From assembly GCA_965203275.1 (NCBI GenBank), contig OZ241865.1, positions 1,888,001 to 1,952,000 of the forward strand: DNA of 64,000 nucleotides. Direction: 5' to 3'. A model generated the notes under the pieces. It was given only the letters and a program-made list of their open reading frames with translations. It ran no database searches and had not been told where the DNA came from. Of this stretch, positions 41,827 through 52,122 are shown in pieces. Source of the stretch: Bdellovibrionales bacterium. GTDB taxonomy: Bacteria > Bdellovibrionota > Bdellovibrionia > Bdellovibrionales > JAUICD01. Position 1 is the first letter of the stretch, and each line of letters opens with the position of its first letter. The position numbers and the translations under genes were made by a program.

Positions 41827-42346
41827 CAAGTTTTGTCGCAAGTTTGTCGCAAGTTTGTCGCAAGTTTGTCGCAAGTTTTGTCGCAAGTTTGTCGCAAGTT
41901 TTGTCGCAAGTTTGTCGCAAGTTTGTCGCAAGTTTTGTCGCAAGTTTGTCGCAAGTTTTGTCGCAAGTTTGTCGCAAGTTTGTCGCAAGTTTTGTCGCAA
42001 GTTTGTCGCAAGTTTGTCGCAAGTTTGTCGCAAGTTTGTCGCAAGTTTTGTCGCAAGTTTGTCGCAAGTTTTGTCGCAAGTTTGTCGCAAGTTTTGTCGC
42101 AAGTTTGTCGCAAGTTTGTCGCAAGTTTGTCGCAAGTTTTGTCGCAAGTTTGTCGCAAGTTTTGTCGCAAGTTTGTCGCAAGTTTTGTCGCAAGTTTGTC
42201 GCAAGTTTTGTCGCAAGTTTGTCGCAAGTTTGTCGCAAGTTTTGTCGCAAGTTTGTCGCAAGTTTTGTCGCAAGTTTGTCGCAAGTTTTGTCGCAAGTTT
42301 GTCGCAAGTTTGTCGCAAGTTTTGTCGCAAGTTTTGTCGCAAGTTT
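41827..42346. repeat. Tandem array of 45 units CAAG(T3/T4)GTCG
   Basis: Manual count: 27 x 11 bp and 18 x 12 bp, no substitutions. Confidence 0.97.
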
Positions 42347-43427
42347 AAAGGCTGTTTCTTAGAGCATAAAATTGTTGATTAGTTGCTCCTTTCTTTTTAA
42401 GTATTTTTTTATTGATCATGGTTTTTAGGTCCCTTTGCAATGTCCTTCTAGTTATGCTTGATTTTGGTATTTTCATTGCTCGCCCTATTTTTACGCGAAG
42501 CTTTTCAAAATCTTTTGGAATCAATACTTGGTTTTCTATCATGTATTCAATGATCACTGCCTGTCTTTTAGATAAGTTATAACTCTGTATAAGGACATCT
42601 TTACGAATAACTTTTTTCCCTATAGCCATCATTTCATTCATTTGAGATAAGAATGCTTTCACAAAAAATTCAAGCCATTCTGTCATATCCATATTGTTGT
42701 TCCTTACTGATTGAATAGCTTTATAGAAACTGGCTCTATTTTTGTCATAATATTCACTAATAGAAAACAGCTTTTTAAAATCATAATCTGATTTATAAAG
42801 ATATAAAGCACAAAGCAGACGAGACGTTCGTCCATTGCCATCGATAAAAGGATGAATATGCACCAACTGAAACTGAATAATACCACTTTTCAATACAGGA
42901 TGAATATTTGATTTTTCATTAATCCATTTTACAAACTCCTTCATAAGAATAGGAACTTCTTTTGGTTTTGGAGGTGTATAAATAATTTGTCTGGTTGTAG
43001 CATTAACTACATAATTTTGCCGGTCTCTGTATAGTCCAGGTTTAGCACTACCTCCTCGTACTCCTTTGACTAGCTCTTTATGAATGTTTTTTATAAGTGG
43101 TTCTGTCACTATAGTATTTGTTTTTAAAAAATTCGATACCAATTGAAAGGCATCTCTGTAGTTCTTAACTTCTTTTATATCTTCTTTATTGGCACCGTTG
43201 ATTTGTTGGCCTTGTAAAATCTTTTTAGATTGATCAAATGTCAGTTGAGTTCCTTCTATGTGAGTTGTGTGATGAGTCTCTACAAATAGAGCGTTGTTGC
43301 TCATTTTTTTAATCCATTGATTGGAAAGCTTTGCTGCTAGTAAAAATCCTCTAGTTTTTTCAATTTCCATTAAATGGTTAAGTATATTGGGGGTGATTGT
43401 AAATTTTGGTGAAAATTGTTTTTGCAT
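42345..43427 (-). CDS. Fic-domain protein with C-terminal HTH
   Basis: HPFIDGNGRTSR catalytic motif, TTHIEG inhibitory-type motif, RRTLQRDLK HTH. Confidence 0.93.
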   Translation of the reverse strand: MQKQFSPKFTITPNILNHLMEIEKTRGFLLAAKLSNQWIKKMSNNALFVETHHTTHIEGTQLTFDQSKKILQGQQINGANKEDIKEVKNYRDAFQLVSNFLKTNTIVTEPLIKNIHKELVKGVRGGSAKPGLYRDRQNYVVNATTRQIIYTPPKPKEVPILMKEFVKWINEKSNIHPVLKSGIIQFQLVHIHPFIDGNGRTSRLLCALYLYKSDYDFKKLFSISEYYDKNRASFYKAIQSVRNNNMDMTEWLEFFVKAFLSQMNEMMAIGKKVIRKDVLIQSYNLSKRQAVIIEYMIENQVLIPKDFEKLRVKIGRAMKIPKSSITRRTLQRDLKTMINKKILKKKGATNQQFYALRNSL

Positions 43428-43617
43428 TATATTTATCCTTATTTTTATTTAATCATCTTCTATTGATTTTGTTCTTGCTCTTTAAAAAATTTAAAGGTTT
43501 CAGAACTTACAGTTTCACTTAATTAAACTTCATTCTTTAATTCATCACATTTATTCCATTCAGAAAAGGTAATTTTCTTATTTTTTACTTTCTTGATAGT
43601 TTTGTTTTGATATTTTA

Positions 43618-44260
43618 TTATATCCATTCTTTAGGGCAATGAAAAGCTCCTTGATGATCTTTCATTTCCTTTGGAAATTGATTTTGCTTAAGTTGATCTT
43701 CTGAAATACCTTTATGAAAAGAAGCATATTTCTTTAAATCATTAACAGCATCATTTTTGTCTTTGTAAGGTGTAATAAGTCCAATAGGTCTTTTAAAAGA
43801 TATTTTGATCAATTTGAGTGGTGTTGAAATATCTGAATCATTTGAAAGTAAAATAGGAATATTATGTTTATCCTGAAAACAATCTAAAAGCATATATGAA
43901 GCCAGATTGACATCTGAACCTTTTTCTTCAAATTTTGAAACCTCAACTATTTTACCAGATAGTAGATTATTTTCTTCTTTTAATCTTCCTTTGATCGTTT
44001 GCTCCTTAAATTGGCCATAATGTATCACTACTTCAGGAATTGTCTCTAATATAAAGATTTTGTCTTATATGTTTGGAAGAATCTTGAGAAGCTACTTTAG
44101 CTGTGAAATATCTGATCTTTGTAATTGGATGAGGTTTAAAATTAAAAGACTCAAAAAGAGATTTTATATTAAGCCATTTGTATTGTGGTTTTTCTTTCAC
44201 CATGCGGTAGTAGAGATTAAAACCATCAACATAAAGTACATATTTTCTAGATTGCACACT
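43618..44260 (-). pseudogene. NYN/PIN-like ribonuclease split by a frameshift near 44040
   Basis: YVDGFNLYY and IRYFTA in one frame; EEKGSDVNLA and SNDSD in the next. Confidence 0.85.
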
Positions 44261-44286
44261 TTCACCAGTATCTATTTGTAAAAAGC

Positions 44287-44342
44287 AAAAGCCACTACTT
44301 AGTAGTGGCTCGCACCTACCAATCGAAATTAGTAGGGAAGTT
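44287..44342 (-). ncRNA. Candidate two-hairpin leader RNA with terminator upstream of NYN
   Basis: Minus strand: cctactaat-ttcg-attggtagg, then agccactac-taa-gtagtggct-ttt. Confidence 0.5.
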
Positions 44343-44560
44343 ATCTTTAAGTTAATATAACCCTCAAGAAAAATCAAGAAAAAAATAAAAATCAAATATT
44401 TTTTAAGGCATAGTGTCTCAAAATGAGAATAAATTGAGTTGCTTAGGAAGATAGCATTATTTTTTAGGTTTGCACGGGTTTGACTTAGGTCTTAACTGAG
44501 GTTGAGATAATTTTTGTTTTTGATATTTTATATATTTGTATTTGTGGTATTTGTGGGTTT

Positions 44561-45226
44561 TTAATCTTTTTCTGATTGTTGATTACTTTTTTGTTCTTGC
44601 TCTTTAAAGAATTTAAAAGTTTCAAGACTAAATTTACCAAAAGTACTAATTTCTGATCTTGGAATCATGACCTCCATATTAAGATAGTGAGCTTCTTTTT
44701 TATATTCAGGATAAAATGTATTCCAAATAACTTTTTTGGTTATCCGATCTCTATATCCACTTTGAAAAGGTATGATAGATATGGTTTGAGATTCATGTCT
44801 TGCCCTTGGATTCTCAGGATATTTCCATAAAACACCAATATAAGCTTTTTCATTTTTAAGAGTCAATATAACAAATTCATTTTCCCATTTAATACATTTT
44901 TTACAGAAATTATCTTGTATTTGTGAAAATATCTGTTTTGCAATAGGCTTCCATCGAGATAATGGAAGTAATATTAATGCAAAAAAGGTACTAGCGATCA
45001 ATTTAATAAACAATTCAATAACAATATTCTCTATGTTGAAGTTGAAAAGAGAAAGTATCAATTCCGCTGGAAGCCATGTTATAGTAGCTATGACAACTAT
45101 GAAGAAAACATAAGGCCAGCCAGATAAATCAATGGCTTGTGCGGGTATTCGCCTATTGAAAAAATGAATAAAAATAACTCCAGGGACAACCCATAGAATA
45201 TCGTTTAAATTGAGCATATTAGTCAA
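44561..45226 (-). CDS. Hypothetical membrane protein (3 TM plus soluble domain)
   Basis: VPGVIF N-terminal TM helices, ILTLKNEKAYIG, SGYRD. Confidence 0.75.
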   Translation of the reverse strand: MTNMLNLNDILWVVPGVIFIHFFNRRIPAQAIDLSGWPYVFFIVVIATITWLPAELILSLFNFNIENIVIELFIKLIASTFFALILLPLSRWKPIAKQIFSQIQDNFCKKCIKWENEFVILTLKNEKAYIGVLWKYPENPRARHESQTISIIPFQSGYRDRITKKVIWNTFYPEYKKEAHYLNMEVMIPRSEISTFGKFSLETFKFFKEQEQKSNQQSEKD

Positions 45227-45454
45227 TCATCCTTGTTGATTCTGATTATTTTTAAGGTATTTGATAGCCTCTTCAAATTTCTTAATTTCTTTTTGTACCT
45301 CTGGATCTTCCCAAAGCTCTTCTGCTGTCGGCCATGGCTCTGCCACTGTCCCTTTGACTAACCAACGTTTAAAAGAACTGAAGCAACCTTGTTTATCTTT
45401 TCTTGCATTTTGGAATTCTTCACTCTTTGCTAGGTTTGTTTTACTTGGTTTCAT
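45227..45454 (-). CDS. Small protein, KGTxAEPW family, copy 1
   Basis: aggagg RBS, paralogous to the next two ORFs. Confidence 0.75.
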   Translation of the reverse strand: MKPSKTNLAKSEEFQNARKDKQGCFSSFKRWLVKGTVAEPWPTAEELWEDPEVQKEIKKFEEAIKYLKNNQNQQG

Positions 45455-45539
45455 AACTTATTCCTCCTGCTTTTTAAAATCTATATTAAAAATAACTCCA
45501 GGGATCCCAGAGAATATCGTTTAAGTTTAACATATTAAA

Positions 45540-45752
45540 TTATTTGCTATTTGTCTTAGCTTTATCAATCACTTTTCTAACTTCTTTCATTTTCCTTTGA
45601 AATTCTTTGTTTTCCATAAATTCTTTTGGTGTGGTCCATGGCTCTGCGATTGTTCCTTTTGTCCAAGGTAACCAATTACCTTCAAATGGTAACCAGTCTT
45701 CATCAGATTTTCCTTCTTTTTTCTTTGCTAGGTTTGTTTTACTTGGTTTCAT
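45540..45752 (-). CDS. Small protein, KGTxAEPW family, copy 2
   Basis: aggagg RBS. Confidence 0.75.
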   Translation of the reverse strand: MKPSKTNLAKKKEGKSDEDWLPFEGNWLPWTKGTIAEPWTTPKEFMENKEFQRKMKEVRKVIDKAKTNSK

Positions 45753-45839
45753 AACTTATTCCTCCTGCTTTTTAAAATCTATATTAAAAATAACTCCAGG
45801 GACAACCCATAGAATATCGTTTAAGTTTAACATATTAAA

Positions 45840-46058
45840 TTATTTGCTATTTGTCTTGGCTTTATCAATCACTTTTCTAACTTCTTTCATTTTCCTTTGA
45901 AATTCTTTGTTTTCCATAAATTCTTCTGGTGTGGTCCATGGCTCTGCCACTGTCCCTTTGACTAACCAACGTTTAAAAGAACTGAAGCAACCTTGTTTAT
46001 CTTTTCTCGCATTTTGGGATTCTTCACTTTCATCTAGGTTTGTTTTACTTAACCCCAT
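45840..46058 (-). CDS. Small protein, KGTxAEPW family, copy 3
   Basis: aggagg RBS. Confidence 0.75.
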   Translation of the reverse strand: MGLSKTNLDESEESQNARKDKQGCFSSFKRWLVKGTVAEPWTTPEEFMENKEFQRKMKEVRKVIDKAKTNSK

Positions 46059-46115
46059 AATTTGCCTCCTAATTTCAATGATTGTTTTAAAATGTATGAC
46101 TTGTTTGGTTTCACC

Positions 46116-46379
46116 TTAGATTGTTTTATAAATGTCTTTTCTATGTCCTATCTTTATAACAAAAATTGTAACTTTTGCTTTTTGAACAGAATAGATAATG
46201 CGATAATCACTAACACGTAATTTCATCAATCCTTTTAAACTTTTTTTAAGTGGCACACCAAAATAAATAGGATCAATCATAAGTTTTGTTTCAATGGCTT
46301 TTTTTAAAATATTTCTCATATCCTTCGAAATTCCTTTAAGGTCTTTTTTAACAGAGTGTTTATAAATAACTTTCCACAT
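46116..46379 (-). CDS. RelE/ParE-family toxin
   Basis: KLRVSDYRIIY...IKIGHRKDIY. Confidence 0.9.
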   Translation of the reverse strand: MWKVIYKHSVKKDLKGISKDMRNILKKAIETKLMIDPIYFGVPLKKSLKGLMKLRVSDYRIIYSVQKAKVTIFVIKIGHRKDIYKTI

Positions 46380-46385
46380 TTGTAA

Positions 46386-46613
46386 CTAATTGTTTTTCCA
46401 AAAAGAACTATGAGGAATTGTATTTTCATGCTCTCTTTGAGATGCTATTTTACTAAAATATATATCTTCTTCAAGCTCTAAGGCTTCCTTTGCTAGTTCG
46501 ACAATTGTAGAAGATAGCGAAGATAGACCTTTACTTTGCTGTCTTTTTTTAAGCTGATCATAAAGGGTATGATCTATTGTAAGATAAATCTTTTTCTTAA
46601 CTGTGGGCATCAT
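46386..46613 (-). CDS. Cognate RHH-type antitoxin
   Basis: Small gene directly upstream of the toxin, ALELEED motif. Confidence 0.8.
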   Translation of the reverse strand: MMPTVKKKIYLTIDHTLYDQLKKRQQSKGLSSLSSTIVELAKEALELEEDIYFSKIASQREHENTIPHSSFWKNN

Positions 46614-46710
46614 TACCTCTTTTTATATTACTTTTTTATGGCGTTTATTTATCTTAGCACTTAAGATGCCTTTTTGCAAGCTTATCTATCTTGTCTTAAA
46701 AAGCTTGTTT

Positions 46711-49700
46711 TTAAGCTACCTTTTTACAAAGGTTATTTTGTTTGAAGGCTTCTAAGGCATGCTTTTTTAAGGTTTGTAGTCGTTGTTGATTTCTACCTGT
46801 ATTGAAAGTACTTAGGATATATTTAAATTCTTCTAAAGTGAGCTTATAAATATGAGCTATAATAGCATCGATTTCCCCTTGGATTTGCAAGCGTTGAGCC
46901 TTATCTGTGATGCCACCTCGTCGGATACCTGCCTCATCTGCTAGCTCATCAAACTGGGGATCTATACAGGTGAGCATGGCTGACTTTTCCACAAGCTCTT
47001 GAAAGCAAGGATCTTTTTCTGTAAGTCTGGGGATACGTAAGGGAGTAATATACTTTTTGTTGATATTAGCAGAAACTTTTTGTCTAATGCAATAGTCAAT
47101 AACAAAGCTATTTAAAAATGCTTGTAATAATAGCATATATTTGTATGAAAACCTTGTTTTGTTGCTGTTTGATTCTATATGAACTCCATAGATACTATTT
47201 GTAATAAAATGCTTTTTAGGAATAATTGCTGATATAAGGCTTCTTTCATTTGTATTACCAGCAATTGTTCTGATTACTAACCTGTAGTCTTGAAAACACT
47301 TTTGTAAAAAAGGAAACCCTTGCTTTGCAATAACTTCTTTTGTGCTTATATAACGATTAACATGGGATAAATCATAATTAAATTCATATTGGTAAATAGC
47401 CTTTCCTACATAAAGTGGTAAGTCATTTTTGGATTGCTTTTGGTTTTTAAATAAATAAGATTCGTGAGTTTCATTCATTTCTGCTGTGTAAATATCACAA
47501 TTCCATGAATTATTTACTTTTTTTTCAAGCGAAGGGAAGTGTCTGGCTTTTTTTAATATCTCTCGGTCCTTTGGATCTTTAAATTCAATAATAGGATAGT
47601 CTCTTCTTGGTGAAAGCTGTTTGATCTCTGTAATAGATTGTTGCATGGAGCTTTTTTCCGGGAAGTTTTCAAGTACTTTTAAGTCTCTTGTATGAAACTG
47701 ACAAGGGAATTGATCTTTTGGTTTGTCTTTCTTCACATTCAAAAGAAGAAATTTAAATTGAGGATGGACTCCTTCAAATATCTTCCCTTTTTTTTGACCC
47801 ATTTGATTTTGAAAGTCAATCAGTCCTTCTATTTTGATATTGTCAAAAATAAATCTTCTCAAACCAATAGCTCCATCATCTCTACAAAGGCCGCTAGGTA
47901 ACACAATACCTAAAACTCCTTTAGAAGATAACAAATCAAAACATCTTTCTAAAAACAATCTATAAGTGTCCATATTTTTTACTGGAATAATTTGATTAAG
48001 AATATTTCCTCGTTGATAGCTATAAAATGTTAAAAAATAATCTCTCTGAAAAAGATAAAAGTTTTCTTTATTCAAATAATCCATGTTTATACTTGGGTTT
48101 TGCAGTAACTTTTCTTTCTTTTGCTTAAATATATACTTTGAAATTTTCTTTTTATTAATACTGCTATCATACTTATAGAAAAACTCTTTATCTTCGTTTT
48201 CTACTTTATCCCAGGGAGGATTAGTGATAATCACATCAAAGCCACCTCTATCAATAATTTCATTAAAGGCAAGGTCCCAATGGAAAGGCTGTAAATCTTG
48301 AAAGTCATCAGCAGATACAGCACGCTTTTTAGTGATTTTCTTCTTACTTTGAATATCTATAATTTCTGTATATTTAAGGTCTTTTGCTTTGCATTTATTA
48401 GCAAGTACCTCATTGAGTTTTGAACTTTCTGTTTCAAGAAATTCATTAACTTTATTTTTTAAACTTTTAAGTTTTTCAAAAGATAAAGATTTGGTTTTGT
48501 ATTTTTTAATCAATTGATTATATCTCTCTTTGATTTGTGTGTAAGAACTTCCATCAAGAGATAACTGCTCTTTTCCATCTTCTTTTAAAAAGCCAATCAA
48601 AGAATTACCATGCATAATATTAAAGTCAATGTTAGGTAAGGGTTCAAGCTCCTGGCGATCTAAGGCCGTAGCTACCAGAGATAAAAACAACCTCAACTTA
48701 CAAACTTCTGTAGCCTCCTTCATCAAATCCACACCATATAGGTTTTTTAAAATAATATTTTTCTTAATTCCATAAGCTATACTTTTATGTTTGCTTTCAA
48801 AATCATCTAACCATGTTTTAAGGTCTCTATCACCGAGTGTTTCTATTTTACCAATGATTGGACTGTAAATATTTATAAGCTCTTTCATAGTAGCCATTAA
48901 AAAAGCCCCTGACCCTACTGCTGGATCTAAAACAGTTAATGTATTCAAAATGCTATCATTGTTTGTCAAAAGCAGTTTGCATAAAGGAGCATCTAGCTGA
49001 TGCAAAAGCTCTTCTATGCTCTTAAATTGTTTATTTTGTTTTTGATTGACTTTATCTAAAATGCAATTTCGAATGGTGTTGCGACTTAAGTAATTTGTTA
49101 TTTCATCTTTAGTGTAATAAGCTCCCATGCTTTTTTGTTGTAGTTGATTGATGTATTTTTCAAAAATATAACCTAACACATCAGGGTCAATGTCTTTATC
49201 TGTGGCTTTTCCAGATTTTTCATCTTCAACATGCCATTCATATTGTTGGAAAATCTGATAAGTCTTTTCAAAGGCTTGATCTTCGATCTGAATTTTACCC
49301 TTGTATTTTTCTTCAATGGTATGTGGGACAAAAAGTCCACCATTCAAATAGTCAATCTCACCAAGTAGCTCCTTAGCCTTTTCACTTCTTTCTTTTGGTT
49401 TTTTAGCAAAGCCTTCAAAAAACAATACTGTTAAAAATTCTAAATAGTATTTATCTTTTCTTCTTTGTTTGCTTTCTTCAAGTTTAGTTTGTAAATATTG
49501 AGCATCATCATTGCAAAATAGCTTTTTTTGTAAGAACCAAATAAACATCAAACGATTGAGGATCACAGAAGCATACCATTTTTTTTCTTCTTCATCTGGT
49601 ATGCCTGTAATGTGTTTTTGAAAATCAAAATGATTATTTTTAAAGTCTTGATAAAACCTTTTTGTGACTTTTTCTGTATTAAAAGCTTTGTCTAATTTTT

Positions 49701-50136
49701 TGCCTATTTCTATTATTTTTGGCTCATCTTCAAAATCAATGTGAATGCTCGCTAGTTTAGTAGTAAGAGAGTCTGTACTTTGGTCTTTAAAATAGCTATG
49801 CTCTCTAACATGACCTCCTTTGGAAAAGTATGAAAGTGTAAAAGATGTCTCATTTTGAAACAAAAGCAAATGTTCTTGGTGTTTCTTTTTGAGTTCTCGA
49901 TGGAGTTGTTCCATTTTGGAACTTTTGGAACGATCATTGAAATTATGAAGCTGTTGGCTATTAATTTTCAAAACAGGCACATTATTGATCTGAGCAATGC
50001 AAGAGTATCGAATGGTAGTCTTTGGAAAGTCAAGACTGAAAGTCATTTGAGGCGAGTGTTCCCATCCTAAGCCATCCACAAATAACTTTTTAAACTCAAA
50101 ATCTTTAATATAATCTCTGATTTTTTCAATATCCAT
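46711..50136 (-). CDS. Eco57I-like (type IIG class) DNA adenine methyltransferase with TRD
   Basis: LGYIFEKYIN, GAYYT, VLDPAVGSGAFL, NLYGVD, FDVIITNPPW. Confidence 0.9.
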   Translation of the reverse strand: MDIEKIRDYIKDFEFKKLFVDGLGWEHSPQMTFSLDFPKTTIRYSCIAQINNVPVLKINSQQLHNFNDRSKSSKMEQLHRELKKKHQEHLLLFQNETSFTLSYFSKGGHVREHSYFKDQSTDSLTTKLASIHIDFEDEPKIIEIGKKLDKAFNTEKVTKRFYQDFKNNHFDFQKHITGIPDEEEKKWYASVILNRLMFIWFLQKKLFCNDDAQYLQTKLEESKQRRKDKYYLEFLTVLFFEGFAKKPKERSEKAKELLGEIDYLNGGLFVPHTIEEKYKGKIQIEDQAFEKTYQIFQQYEWHVEDEKSGKATDKDIDPDVLGYIFEKYINQLQQKSMGAYYTKDEITNYLSRNTIRNCILDKVNQKQNKQFKSIEELLHQLDAPLCKLLLTNNDSILNTLTVLDPAVGSGAFLMATMKELINIYSPIIGKIETLGDRDLKTWLDDFESKHKSIAYGIKKNIILKNLYGVDLMKEATEVCKLRLFLSLVATALDRQELEPLPNIDFNIMHGNSLIGFLKEDGKEQLSLDGSSYTQIKERYNQLIKKYKTKSLSFEKLKSLKNKVNEFLETESSKLNEVLANKCKAKDLKYTEIIDIQSKKKITKKRAVSADDFQDLQPFHWDLAFNEIIDRGGFDVIITNPPWDKVENEDKEFFYKYDSSINKKKISKYIFKQKKEKLLQNPSINMDYLNKENFYLFQRDYFLTFYSYQRGNILNQIIPVKNMDTYRLFLERCFDLLSSKGVLGIVLPSGLCRDDGAIGLRRFIFDNIKIEGLIDFQNQMGQKKGKIFEGVHPQFKFLLLNVKKDKPKDQFPCQFHTRDLKVLENFPEKSSMQQSITEIKQLSPRRDYPIIEFKDPKDREILKKARHFPSLEKKVNNSWNCDIYTAEMNETHESYLFKNQKQSKNDLPLYVGKAIYQYEFNYDLSHVNRYISTKEVIAKQGFPFLQKCFQDYRLVIRTIAGNTNERSLISAIIPKKHFITNSIYGVHIESNSNKTRFSYKYMLLLQAFLNSFVIDYCIRQKVSANINKKYITPLRIPRLTEKDPCFQELVEKSAMLTCIDPQFDELADEAGIRRGGITDKAQRLQIQGEIDAIIAHIYKLTLEEFKYILSTFNTGRNQQRLQTLKKHALEAFKQNNLCKKVA

Positions 50137-50546
50137 AAAACGACATCGGACAATAAAAATTTTAACTTAAGCAAAATTTTACAATTTAATTTAATTTATC
50201 AATTCAAAGTGAATCTATTGCTCTAAGCTTAAAGTTTTTTTTAGATATACTAAGGGGCAGAGTCCCACCGGAGGAAACAACATCTAGCGAGAGGGTGGTC
50301 TTAACAAAGGTATTTCTGAAAATAAACTTTGATTGATGCGGGTTTGAATTTTATTCGTGTTTAATGAAAAATATCAATGATACAAGCAAGATATAGCTTA
50401 AATAATTGAAAGTATTTAGAAAACAAAGCTCTGTTTTTGGACTTTACTTTAAATATGACTTAATAAGCCCTTTTATTTAAGTTTTTGAGATGATATTTAA
50501 AGAGATGATTTGGTATAATCTATCATTGTAAATGACAATTTTATCG

Positions 50547-50957
50547 TCAGGGCCTTTCTTTATCTTTAGTATGTTCTTTTTTCACGTCTTTGCCTTTATT
50601 GATTAAAAGCTCGTATAATGTATCGAACTTCCGATCAAACTTGTCTTCTATGGCTTTGAACCTTCGATCAAACTTGTCTTCTATGGCTTTGAACTTCCGA
50701 TCAAACTTCTCGTCCATGGCTTTGATCTGTGTGGGTATATGATTGTATACTTGCTCTTGAATAGGCTTAATTGTAGCAGTCAGTAGATCTCTTAAGTTAT
50801 TTTCTAGTTGGTTTATTCGCTCATTTAATCTGTTTTCTGATTGAACTGTCTTTTTCACCGCCCTATCATAAAGAAAAAAGCCAATAATAGATATAGCTAT
50901 GATTGTTGGTAGGTCTAAAGCTTCAGCTATCTTTAAAACAAATTCCTGCCATCCCAT
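50547..50957 (-). CDS. Membrane-anchored coiled-coil protein, family B, copy 1
   Basis: TM helix, YNHIPTQI, KAIEDKFDRKF repeats. Confidence 0.85.
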   Translation of the reverse strand: MGWQEFVLKIAEALDLPTIIAISIIGFFLYDRAVKKTVQSENRLNERINQLENNLRDLLTATIKPIQEQVYNHIPTQIKAMDEKFDRKFKAIEDKFDRRFKAIEDKFDRKFDTLYELLINKGKDVKKEHTKDKERP

Positions 50958-51078
50958 AAAAGACTCCTTGTTTACACCTTATATATTATTTATAAAAAAT
51001 ATAGTTTAAAAGTACATAATCATACAACATGATCTAAAGCCTGTCTAGCAAAAAACACCGGGAACATACTATGTATCG

Positions 51079-51489
51079 TCAGGGCCTTTCTTTATCTTTA
51101 GTATGTTCTTTTTTCACGTCTTTGCCTTTATTGATTAAAAGCTCGTATAATGTATCGAACTTCCGATCAAACTTGTCTTCTATGGCTTTGAACCTTCGAT
51201 CAAACTTGTCTTCTATGGCTTTGAACTTCCGATCAAACTTCTCGTCCATGGCTTTGATCTGTGTGGGTATATGATTGTATACTTGCTCTTGAATAGGCTT
51301 AATTGTAGCAGTCAGTAGATCTCTTAAGTTATTTTCTAGTTGGTTTATTCGCTCATTTAATCTGTTTTCTGATTGAACTGTCTTTTTCACCGCCCTGTCA
51401 TAAAGAAAAAAGCCAATAATAGATAGACCTATAATTGTCATTAAGTCTGTAGTTTTAAGTATCTCTAAAACAAATACCTGCCATCCCAT
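51079..51489 (-). CDS. Family B, copy 2
   Basis: Identical body, different N-terminus. Confidence 0.85.
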   Translation of the reverse strand: MGWQVFVLEILKTTDLMTIIGLSIIGFFLYDRAVKKTVQSENRLNERINQLENNLRDLLTATIKPIQEQVYNHIPTQIKAMDEKFDRKFKAIEDKFDRRFKAIEDKFDRKFDTLYELLINKGKDVKKEHTKDKERP

Positions 51490-51611
51490 AAAAGACTCCT
51501 TGTTTACACCTTATATATTATTTATAAAAAATATAGTTTAAAAGTACATAATCATACAACATGATCTAAAGCCTGTCTAGCAAAAAAACACCGGGAACAT
51601 ATTATGTATCG

Positions 51612-51989
51612 TCAGGGCCTTTTTTTATTTTTAGTATGTTCTTTTTTCACGTCTTTGCCTTTATTGATTAAAAGCTCGTATAATGTGTCGAACTTCCTAT
51701 CAAACTTGTCTTCTATGGCTTTGAACTTTCGATCAAACTTCTCGTCCATGGCTTTGATCTGTGTGGGTATATGATTGTATACTTGCTCTTGAATAGGCTT
51801 AATTGTAGCAGTCAGTAGATCTCTTAAGTTATTTTCTAGTTGGTTTATTCGCTCATTTAATCTGTTTTCTGATTGAACTGTCTTTTTCACCGCCCTATCA
51901 TAAAGAAAAAAGCCAATAATAGATATAGCTATGATTGTTGGTAGGTCTAAAGCTTCAACTATCTTTAAAACAAATTCATAGAAACCCAT
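51612..51989 (-). CDS. Family B, copy 3
   Basis: One 11-aa unit shorter. Confidence 0.85.
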   Translation of the reverse strand: MGFYEFVLKIVEALDLPTIIAISIIGFFLYDRAVKKTVQSENRLNERINQLENNLRDLLTATIKPIQEQVYNHIPTQIKAMDEKFDRKFKAIEDKFDRKFDTLYELLINKGKDVKKEHTKNKKRP

Positions 51990-52122
51990 AATGTTCTCCT
52001 TAGTTATAAGTTATACCATTGCCTTATCTTAGTCAATTTAAAAAACATTTAAAAAGTACGTAATACTACAACATGATCTAAAGCCTGTCTAGCAAAAAAC
52101 ACCGGGAACATATTATGTATCG

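Noticed and set aside
41827..42346. CRISPR array, or real proteins from the six overlapping ORFs
   Set aside because: There are no spacers. The ORFs exist only because the unit lacks stop codons on both strands, and no RBS is evident.
50250..50300. GC-richer patch upstream of the MTase as a possible ncRNA
   Set aside because: No convincing stem or second copy was found.
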